64,000 bases of DNA from Sphingomonas paucimobilis (lineage in GTDB: Bacteria > Pseudomonadota > Alphaproteobacteria > Sphingomonadales > Sphingomonadaceae), in NCBI GenBank assembly GCA_943369235.1, contig CALRMO020000001.1:8211-72210 (forward strand), read 5' to 3'. Below the pieces are notes generated by a model that ran no database searches, had not been told where the DNA came from, and saw only the letters and a list, made by a program, of their open reading frames with translations. The translations under genes were made by a program, and so were the position numbers. Shown here one piece after another: positions 56,463-64,000 of the stretch (position 1 is its first letter; each line of letters opens with the position of its first letter).

Positions 56463-56894
56463 TCATGAAGCCCGGCCGCGCAGCATATCCATCATCGCCG
56501 CAACAGGGGTCAGATCATATCCCGCATCGGCGGCCTTTTCGGATAACACCGCCGGATGGTCGCCCTTCGACGCGCGGGCCAGTGCCCACAAAAGCGTCGA
56601 GCGCGTGCCCGACCGGCAATAAGCCAGTGTCTTGCCGTTCGTTTTCGAAAGCGCGTCGGCCATGGCGCTAACCTGCCATTCAGCGAAGCCGGCGTGCGTG
56701 ACCGGAATAGCGACATATTCTATTCCCGCAGCGTGCGCCGCAGCCTCAATGGCGGCGCCGGGTGTCTGGTCGGCGGATTCATCTTCGGGCCGGTTGTTGA
56801 TGACCAGCGTCACGCCAATGTCGCGCGCGCTTGCGATATCTTCCACCGAGATCTGTGGCGCCACAAATAGCGTATCGGTAAGCGAACGAAACAT
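56463..56894 (-). CDS. TIGR01244/DUF442 sulfur transferase or phosphatase-like protein
   Basis: VINNRPEDE, AYCRSGTRS. Confidence 0.9.
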   Translation of the reverse strand: MFRSLTDTLFVAPQISVEDIASARDIGVTLVINNRPEDESADQTPGAAIEAAAHAAGIEYVAIPVTHAGFAEWQVSAMADALSKTNGKTLAYCRSGTRSTLLWALARASKGDHPAVLSEKAADAGYDLTPVAAMMDMLRGRAS

Positions 56895-57019
56895 GTCAGA
56901 ACCTTATTGTAAAATCGGCGAAAGCTGGCGTGCTATTTGCCTTATTTTAATCCGCAAACGATAACAAGGACAGAGAAAATGGCAGCAGTCTTGCTTCCAT
57001 CGGAGGCATAAGCAGGCAT

Positions 57020-57883
57020 ATGGACAGGACACCGCGCGTCAGCATGGTTATGCCCGTCTTCAATGGCGCACAATATCTTCGTGCCGCGCTCGATTCGGTG
57101 CTTGCGCAGGATTTTCGGGACTTCGAACTGATCTGCCTTAACGATGGCTCACGCGATGTTACCCCTGATATCCTGGCCGAGTATGCAGCCAGAGATGCAC
57201 GAATAGTGTATCGCGACAATCCACGAAATATCGGCCTGCCCGCATCGCTGAATGCCGGCTTTGCCATGGCCCGGGGCGAATATCATAGCTGGACCAGTCA
57301 CGATAACCTGCTCCGTCACGATATGCTGTCAATGCTGGTCGCTTTGCTCGATGCCGATATCGCGCTTGGCGTTGTCTATGCTGGCTATAGTGTCATCGAC
57401 AGTGACGGCGCGATCTTACGGTACCAGCCGCCTCGCCCCGCAGAGGATCGATGGTTCGGCAATCCGGTGGGCGCGGCATTCCTGTATCGGCGCGAAGTGA
57501 CCGAAGCGCTGGGCGGCTATGACGAAAGCCTGTTCGGTGCCGAAGATTATGATTTCTGGTTGCGCGCAGCGCGGCAGTTCAAATTGCAGCCCGTTGATCG
57601 CGATCTCTATCTGTACCGCCGTCATGACGCCAGCCTTACCAACCAGAAATCCATGCAAATCAAAGATTTGGTTGCAAAGGTAATATTGCGTGAGCTGCAA
57701 AATGAGGCCGATGGCCAGTTGCGCGCAGCCGCGCTTTTGAACCTTGTGCTGACCGATAATGCCAAATTTCGGGGAGGTCTTGTTGGCAAGGCCTTTGCTG
57801 CCAATCCTAAGGCGGCGCTCGCCAAGCTGCCTGCGCTTGGCTATCATCTCGCACGCATTGCTTCGTCGCCGCTACGTTCCTAA
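57020..57883 (+). CDS. Glycosyltransferase family 2
   Basis: [31 protein letters not shown]; no TM segment. Confidence 0.93.
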   Translation: MDRTPRVSMVMPVFNGAQYLRAALDSVLAQDFRDFELICLNDGSRDVTPDILAEYAARDARIVYRDNPRNIGLPASLNAGFAMARGEYHSWTSHDNLLRHDMLSMLVALLDADIALGVVYAGYSVIDSDGAILRYQPPRPAEDRWFGNPVGAAFLYRREVTEALGGYDESLFGAEDYDFWLRAARQFKLQPVDRDLYLYRRHDASLTNQKSMQIKDLVAKVILRELQNEADGQLRAAALLNLVLTDNAKFRGGLVGKAFAANPKAALAKLPALGYHLARIASSPLRS

Positions 57884-59700
57884 TTCTGCTGGATCGTTTG
57901 CAAAAACGCCGAACCATAAGCGTCAAGCTTGCGCGATCCGACGCCGCTGATTTGCGATAGTTGCTGAAGCGTTGCGGGCCGCAGCGCCGCCATTTCGCGC
58001 AAGGTCGCGTCGTGGAAAATAACATAAGGCGGCACGCCCGCTGCCTCGGCCAGCTCGCGCCGCTTTGCGCGCAACGCATCGAATAAGGGGTCGCCCACCG
58101 GATTGGCCGCGCCGCGCTCGCGCTTTTTGCGGCCCTGTGGGACCAGAGCGATTTCGACTTTTTGCTCACCGCGCATAATCGCCCGCGCATCCCCCGAGAG
58201 CTTCAGCCCGCCATGTTCATTTGCGACCAGACTCCCACGCGCCTGCAGCGCGCGCGCCAAGGGCTTGACCATCCGAGCATCATCTGCGTCGACGATTCCG
58301 AACACCGACAACTGGTCGTGGCCGAGCCTGGAAATACGCTCGTCGCTGCTTCCGGTCAGCACTTTTTCGAGATGACCGACGCCGAACATCTGCCCGGTGC
58401 GATACGCGGCGGAGAGCAGTTTACGCGACAGTTCGGTAGCATCATGCACGCCGGGCGCTTCGAGGCAATTGTCGCAATTGCCGCATGTTGCAGGCGGTTG
58501 CTCTCCGAAATGCTCAAGCAATACTGCGCGTCTGCACCCCGGGGTTTCGACCAACCGCGATAGCGCCATAATCCTGGCGTGCTCGGCCTCGCGCCTTTCG
58601 GTTGGCAACTCCGCCAGCCGCTCACGTGCACGGGTGAAATCGCCCGGCGACCAAAGCATGTGCGCAACGGCCGGATCGCCATCGCGGCCGGCGCGCCCGC
58701 TTTCCTGATAATAGGACTCAATTGATTTGGTGAGCCCTGCATGGACGACAAAACGGACATCGGGCTTGTCGATCCCCATGCCGAAGGCGACGGTGGCCAC
58801 CATCACCATGTCCTCGGACGCGACAAATTCAGCTTGCGCTTTGGCACGCGCCTTTGGCTCCATACCGGCATGGTAGAAGCGCGCGGTGCGGCCCGTTGCA
58901 GCAATTTGCGCCGCGATCTTTTCGGTCCGGTCGCGGGTCTGCGCATAGACGATACCGGCGCCGCTCAATGTCCGCACCAACCCTGCAACGCCGCTGTTGT
59001 TACCGCCCGTCATGGCATAGCGAATATTGGGCCGGTCGAAGCCAGAGACGATCACGCCGTCGGCAGCAATTCCCAATTGGGTCGCAATGTCGTCGCGCGT
59101 GTGCGCGTCGGCGGTGGCCGTCAACGCGAGACGGGGGATGTCCGGGAAATCGTCCATCAACGGACGGAGCAGCCGGTAATCGGGACGGAAGTCATGGCCC
59201 CATTCGGACACGCAATGCGCCTCATCTATTGCAAAGAGCGAAATCTTCGCCTCGCGCAGCAAACCCCGAAACTCCTGACCCGACGCGCGTTCCGGGGCGA
59301 CATAGAGCAAATCAAGCGCGCCCGCGCGGAATCGTTCGATCGTTTCGGCGCGGTTATCGTCCGCGCTGGTCAAGGTCGCGGCTCTTATGCCGACCGCGTC
59401 GGCCGCGCGCATCTGGTCATGCATCAGTGCAATCAGCGGCGAAATGACGATGCAGGTGCCGTCCATCATCACCGCCGGAAGCTGGTAACACAGGGATTTG
59501 CCTGCGCCTGTTGGCATCACCGCAAGCGTCCGTTTGCCCCCCAGAACACGGTCGATGACCTGTTCCTGCGGCCCGCGAAATTCGGGAAAACCAAAAACAC
59601 GATGCAGAACATCGGCAGGAGCAAGACTATTGGGAGCGGTAGCCATCGTCCCCGGCCCTAGCGCCGCGATTTCATCAAGAATAGACCGGTCTTGAAGCAT
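57880..59700 (-). CDS. recQ: DNA helicase RecQ (start uncertain: 59700 or 59649)
   Basis: [47 protein letters not shown], Zn-binding CGNCDNC, HRDC domain. Confidence 0.97.
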   Translation of the reverse strand: MLQDRSILDEIAALGPGTMATAPNSLAPADVLHRVFGFPEFRGPQEQVIDRVLGGKRTLAVMPTGAGKSLCYQLPAVMMDGTCIVISPLIALMHDQMRAADAVGIRAATLTSADDNRAETIERFRAGALDLLYVAPERASGQEFRGLLREAKISLFAIDEAHCVSEWGHDFRPDYRLLRPLMDDFPDIPRLALTATADAHTRDDIATQLGIAADGVIVSGFDRPNIRYAMTGGNNSGVAGLVRTLSGAGIVYAQTRDRTEKIAAQIAATGRTARFYHAGMEPKARAKAQAEFVASEDMVMVATVAFGMGIDKPDVRFVVHAGLTKSIESYYQESGRAGRDGDPAVAHMLWSPGDFTRARERLAELPTERREAEHARIMALSRLVETPGCRRAVLLEHFGEQPPATCGNCDNCLEAPGVHDATELSRKLLSAAYRTGQMFGVGHLEKVLTGSSDERISRLGHDQLSVFGIVDADDARMVKPLARALQARGSLVANEHGGLKLSGDARAIMRGEQKVEIALVPQGRKKRERGAANPVGDPLFDALRAKRRELAEAAGVPPYVIFHDATLREMAALRPATLQQLSQISGVGSRKLDAYGSAFLQTIQQN

Positions 59701-59734
59701 AAACGACTCCGCTGTGGATAGTCGAGCAGCTTTG

Positions 59735-59749
59735 GAACATAAATAGAAC
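59735..59749 (-). promoter_or_regulatory. LexA (SOS) box upstream of recQ
   Basis: Minus strand GTTC-TATTTAT-GTTC = GTTC-N7-GTTC. Confidence 0.75.
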
Positions 59750-59783
59750 AATAGGCTTTTGCAATACGTCTAATGCGGTTGTG

Positions 59784-60209
59784 TCATGCCGCTGTCGAAA
59801 GCTGACGCATTTCGGATGTCTCGGTGAATAGCCTGCCGGGCTGCATTGCAAATTCGGGTTCGAATTCGCCGTAATCGCATGTGATTTCACTTCCGGCGGG
59901 AATATCGACGATTGCAAAGCCGACATCGGGCCGGGTGAAATCGGTATTGGGTTGCTCGCTGTGATTCATGAAGCGCCCATTGTCGGCCTCAACCACGACA
60001 AGCGACCGGTCGGTCATGTGGCTGTAACCGTAGCGCTCGACATAATCTCGCTGAACGGGCTCGAGGCGATCGATTTCGTCTGGCGTAAACACCCGTTCAA
60101 ATGCGGGATCGAAGCGCCAGATAGCAGCGCCCGCCGGAATGTCTTCAGCCGCGAATATGCCGACTCCCTCGATGGAACTGGGGGCAACATAAGTGGGGAC
60201 GAGCATCAT
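59784..60209 (-). CDS. SET domain protein
   Basis: GVGIFAAEDI, RFMNHS-PN, EITCDY. Confidence 0.92.
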   Translation of the reverse strand: MMLVPTYVAPSSIEGVGIFAAEDIPAGAAIWRFDPAFERVFTPDEIDRLEPVQRDYVERYGYSHMTDRSLVVVEADNGRFMNHSEQPNTDFTRPDVGFAIVDIPAGSEITCDYGEFEPEFAMQPGRLFTETSEMRQLSTAA

Positions 60210-60294
60210 GTTCCATGACCTTCATTCTATACGGATTGAAGGTCACAACAAACGACTGCCGATATTGTTCAAGGGTTAAGCAAACGTGCGAGCG

Positions 60295-62115
60295 TCATTC
60301 CGCCGCCACGGTTTCCTCTTCGCCTTCGCTCTGCTGGCGCGCCCACATTTCCGCATATAGGCCGCCTTTGCGGAGCAGTTGCGCGTGCGTCCCCTGCTCG
60401 GCCACGCGCCCGGCTTCGAGCACGAGAATCTGGTCGGCGTCGACCACAGTAGAAAGGCGGTGGGCGATAATTATCGTGGTGCGCTTTTCTGAAATGCGGT
60501 CGAGCGTCGCCTGAATTTCGGACTCGGTCCGGCTGTCGAGCGCACTGGTTGCTTCGTCGAGAATCAGGATGGGGGGGTTTTTAAGGAGCGTTCGTGCGAT
60601 AGCCACCCGCTGCTTCTCGCCCCCTGATAGTTTTAGTCCGCGTTCGCCGACCTTGGCTTCATATTGTTCAGGCAGCGATGCGATAAAGCCGTGGATGGAC
60701 GCGCCACGCGCAGCCTCTTCGATCTCCGCTTGCCCGGCGCCTTCGCGGCCATAGCCGATATTATAGCCAATCGTATCGTTGAACAGAACGGTGTCCTGCG
60801 GCACGATCCCGATTGAGCTTCGCAGGCTCGATTGTGTGACATCGCGCAGATCCTGACCCTCAATGCTGATCCGCCCGCCGGTCACGTCATAGAACCGGTA
60901 GAGCAGCCGCGCGATAGTCGATTTGCCCGCACCCGATGGGCCGACCACGGCCAAGGTTTGACCGGGCTCGATTTTGAAGCTGACTCCGTTGAGGATCTGG
61001 CGGTCGGTATCGTACCCGAACCGGACATCCTCGAACGCCAGAGCGCCGCCGCTGACGACCAGCGCGGGTGCGCCTGGCTTGTCGACGATCTCGGCTGGCG
61101 TATCGATCAGTTCGAACATCGCCGCCATATCGGTCAACCCCTGGCGAATGGTGCGATAGACCATACCGAGCATGTCGAGCGGGCGGAAAAGCTGAGCCAG
61201 CAGGGTGTTGACGGTGACTACGTTGCCGGTAGTGAACTCGCCCCGCGACCAGCCCCAGACGACATAGCCCATAGCTCCTGCCATCATCAGGTTGGTGATG
61301 AGCGACTGGCCGATGTTGAGCGCGGCGAGCGAGTTTTCCGACTTTACCGCAGCATTGGCATAATGGTGCACAACCTCGGCATAACGGCGCGTTTCCCGCT
61401 TCTCGGCGTTGAAATATTTGACCGTCTCGTAATTGAGGAGGCTGTCGACTGACTTCGCGACGGTTTGCGTATCGAGCTCGTTCATCTCCTCGCGCAGCTT
61501 GTTGCGCCAGTTGGTGATGACGGTGGTGAACGTGATGTAGCTGACTACCATTAGCAGGGTCGCCGCCACCATGCCCCAGCCGAATTCGATCTTGAAGTAT
61601 GTCGATACCAGAACCAGCTCAAGCAAGGTCGGCGCGATGTTGAACAACAGGAAATAGAGCATGATATCGATGCTCTTGGTGCCGCGCTCGATGACCTTGG
61701 TCACTGCGCCGGTGCGGCGGTTCATGTGAAAGCGCATCGACAGGTTATGCAGATGGCTGAAGACATTTTCGGCAAGCCGGCGGGTTGCCTCTTGCCCGAC
61801 ACGCTCAAAAACAACGTTGCGCAAATTGTCGAACAACACCCCGCCAAAGCGCGCACCGGCATAGGCCGCGACGAGCGCAATCGCTATCGCAACGCCATCT
61901 TCCATGCCCGGAACCATCCGGTCGATCGCCGCGCCGTAGACCCAGGCCATGCTGAGCTGAATAAGCTTTGAGATGACGACGAGCACTAATGCAAGGACGA
62001 TACGAACGCGGAGTCCGAATTGATCCTTCGGCCACAAATAGGGAAGGAACCGCTTTATCACGGCGAAATCAGGTTTCGTTTTGGCGGGAGAGTCTACTGG
62101 CGGCACAGAGGCCAT
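60295..62115 (-). CDS. atm1: ABCB-type (Atm1/ABCB7-like) ABC exporter
   Basis: KRFLPYLWP, NYETVKYF, GPSGAGKST, LSGGEKQR, LDEATSALD. Confidence 0.9.
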   Translation of the reverse strand: MASVPPVDSPAKTKPDFAVIKRFLPYLWPKDQFGLRVRIVLALVLVVISKLIQLSMAWVYGAAIDRMVPGMEDGVAIAIALVAAYAGARFGGVLFDNLRNVVFERVGQEATRRLAENVFSHLHNLSMRFHMNRRTGAVTKVIERGTKSIDIMLYFLLFNIAPTLLELVLVSTYFKIEFGWGMVAATLLMVVSYITFTTVITNWRNKLREEMNELDTQTVAKSVDSLLNYETVKYFNAEKRETRRYAEVVHHYANAAVKSENSLAALNIGQSLITNLMMAGAMGYVVWGWSRGEFTTGNVVTVNTLLAQLFRPLDMLGMVYRTIRQGLTDMAAMFELIDTPAEIVDKPGAPALVVSGGALAFEDVRFGYDTDRQILNGVSFKIEPGQTLAVVGPSGAGKSTIARLLYRFYDVTGGRISIEGQDLRDVTQSSLRSSIGIVPQDTVLFNDTIGYNIGYGREGAGQAEIEEAARGASIHGFIASLPEQYEAKVGERGLKLSGGEKQRVAIARTLLKNPPILILDEATSALDSRTESEIQATLDRISEKRTTIIIAHRLSTVVDADQILVLEAGRVAEQGTHAQLLRKGGLYAEMWARQQSEGEEETVAAE

Positions 62116-62144
62116 ATAGGGTGGCTTGTGCCAATCACAAAGCC

Positions 62145-62414
62145 CTAGGCCCTGCCGGACAAAAGCAACCACGTCGCGATGCCATTCATGCCCGTATAGG
62201 CCCAATAGAAAAGCGAGATGACAAGCGAACCTTCATGGGCGAACAACATCGCGCCGAAGAGCAGGAGCAGCTCGATGCCATAGCTGCCATAAGGGCTAAA
62301 ATGCTTGCCGAAATAGCGTTTGGTATCTTCGACGAACGGATGCCCCGATTCCGCCACTGCCTTGTGCATCGCGAAATTTGCGATGCCCATCAGAAAGCAG
62401 AATATGAGGAGCAT
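62145..62414 (-). CDS. Hypothetical small membrane protein
   Basis: Three hydrophobic segments; 1 bp overlap with the upstream AI-2E gene. Confidence 0.7.
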   Translation of the reverse strand: MLLIFCFLMGIANFAMHKAVAESGHPFVEDTKRYFGKHFSPYGSYGIELLLLFGAMLFAHEGSLVISLFYWAYTGMNGIATWLLLSGRA

Positions 62415-63538
62415 TACGGGCCTTTACGGATCGCCCGTGCTTCGTTGCGCTCGGATTGCCGCTCTAGCGCGACCTTGATCATCGCGATGATCGGGTCGGC
62501 GAGCGCCAGTCCCAATATCCCGAACAACGCGCCGAACAATATTTGCGCGCCCAGCACGAGGGCTGGTGCAAGATCGACTGCGCGTTTGGCGACCATCGGC
62601 ACGATCAGGTAACCGTCGACCATCTGCACGACGAAATAGACGAACACCGCATAGAGCCCGACATCGACCCCGGCCGAAAAGCCGACAAGGATGATGAGCG
62701 CGCCAGAGACAATTGCGCCGATGTTGGGCAAGAAGGCGAGCAGGCCTGTTAGTAACCCGAGCAAAGCCGCCATCGGAACCCCGCCGAGGCCAAGCAATAT
62801 CCACGTGCCGAAACCTTCGACTGCCATGCCGAGCAGACGCCCCGCCATCAGGCGGCGCAATACGCGCCCGATTTTTTCCGCCGTGCCGTAAAAATGCTCT
62901 CGCTCGGCGAGCGGCAACATCCATGCGACGCCGCGCTCGTACATCCGCGGTTCTGCGGCGATGAAAATCGCCAGAACCAGCATCATCGCTATGTTCGTCA
63001 GCGTCCCCACCACCGAAGTGACCGCCGCAGTCACCCGCCCGACGGAGTTCAAAATTTGCGAGCCGAAGCCCTTAACGTCTTCGGCCGAAATGTTGAAGCC
63101 CGCAGCCTGGATCCGGTTGCCGATATTCTCGATCTGCGTCCCAACAATCACCTGCAAGCTCGCCGCCTGCTCGGCCAGTTCGGAACCTGTGAAGACGAAT
63201 GTCCAATATATCAGGCCAAACACCGCCAGCACGACTATTGTCAGGCGAAATCCGCGTGGAATTGGCAGTACCCGGCCCAAAAGCCTTGCGCCGCCATCGA
63301 ACATCGCGGCCAGCACAAGTCCGCCAACAATGAGCATGATCGGTTGCGCCAGCCAGACCAAAGCAACCACCAAGGTCGCCATGCCGATCCATACCGCCGC
63401 GCGCTTGATTTCCACGCGAATGAGCGGGTCGTAAAGCTCGGTCGGCCCCATTTCTTCGCGAAAGACGTCGTCCTGAGCGTCATTTTTCTGGCGGGCCTGG
63501 CGTGGCTTGCGCGCTTTGGCGGTTACGGCGTCATTCAT
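62414..63538 (-). CDS. AI-2E (PerM) family transporter
   Basis: Multi-TM; AFLPNIGAI, VQMVDGYLIVP, LFGILGLALADP. Confidence 0.9.
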   Translation of the reverse strand: MNDAVTAKARKPRQARQKNDAQDDVFREEMGPTELYDPLIRVEIKRAAVWIGMATLVVALVWLAQPIMLIVGGLVLAAMFDGGARLLGRVLPIPRGFRLTIVVLAVFGLIYWTFVFTGSELAEQAASLQVIVGTQIENIGNRIQAAGFNISAEDVKGFGSQILNSVGRVTAAVTSVVGTLTNIAMMLVLAIFIAAEPRMYERGVAWMLPLAEREHFYGTAEKIGRVLRRLMAGRLLGMAVEGFGTWILLGLGGVPMAALLGLLTGLLAFLPNIGAIVSGALIILVGFSAGVDVGLYAVFVYFVVQMVDGYLIVPMVAKRAVDLAPALVLGAQILFGALFGILGLALADPIIAMIKVALERQSERNEARAIRKGP

Positions 63539-64000
63539 TGGATGTCGCCTTTTTGGGACGCAGGCTGGTGCCAGCGCGATCGCCGCGCAGCGATCTGATC
63601 CAGGTAGCCGGATTCAAACCGGTGCTGCCATCGACCGAGAAGGTGATGATTTCGGCGCGCCCGCCAAGCCGGTCCCACGAAACCGGACCCCCCAATCCGC
63701 CGAGCTCCGCAGCGACGCGGCTATCGGAGCTGTTGTCACGATTGTCCCCCATCAGGAATACATGCCCGGCGGGAATTTTGACGGGTTCCATATCGTCGGT
63801 GTCTCGGCGCCGCGCATCGATGGTATCATATTGCACGCCGTTGGGGAGCGTTTCGCGGATAATGGAAAGGTGGCAGGTCAGCCGGCCATCCTTCTCACGA
63901 GTCAACGCGCCCGGAAAATCATAGTCGTTGCACGGGTTATTGGGATCGACAGGCAACACCAGATTGGGCTCGGTTTCCTGTTTGACTGCCTTGCCATTCA
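63531..64000 (-). CDS. lepB: Signal peptidase I, C-terminal part (5' end outside the window)
   Basis: IPAGHVFLMGDNRDNSSDSR, GRAEIITFS. Confidence 0.92.
   Translation of the reverse strand, partial: NGKAVKQETEPNLVLPVDPNNPCNDYDFPGALTREKDGRLTCHLSIIRETLPNGVQYDTIDARRRDTDDMEPVKIPAGHVFLMGDNRDNSSDSRVAAELGGLGGPVSWDRLGGRAEIITFSVDGSTGLNPATWIRSLRGDRAGTSLRPKKATSNE

Overview
A 64 kb alphaproteobacterial chromosome segment. Gene content and synteny (prs-hisN-araC-rpmI-rplT-pheS-pheT, rsmB-rpe-heparinase-purH, eipA, TonB receptors) suggest Sphingomonadaceae, possibly Sphingorhabdus-like; this is inference. Most of it is housekeeping: prfC, pheST, rplT/rpmI, prs, nadE, ribD/ribE, tRNA-Ser(GCT), purH, thrC, recQ, atm1, lepB. 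The strongest candidate for an undescribed system is a four-gene operon at 44.4-50.0 kb. It encodes a UDP-galactopyranose-mutase-like flavoenzyme, a GtrA flippase and two tandem paralogous membrane proteins with the catalytic DxD...R and DHH signatures of AglB/STT3 oligosaccharyltransferases but no WWDYG sequon-binding motif. Second, a CGTC/TGTC-tagged REP family appears twice as ~111 bp REPIN-like doublets and once as inverted repeats bracketing a lone GIY-YIG nuclease gene, whose right arm overlaps the pheS start. Third, an octamer-armed inverted-repeat family occurs at three sites. Also present: a complete ATP-grasp/alpha-E/transglutaminase/Anbu operon with two NtrC-like boxes; two toxin-antitoxin/defence islets (Phd-PIN, PaaA2-ParE, low-GC DUF4238; frameshifted HEPN-like gene, PIN-RHH); LexA boxes before a VOC gene and recQ; and a switch-like leader before tonB. 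No CRISPR array, integrase or transposase was found. All family assignments come from motif recognition, not database searches.
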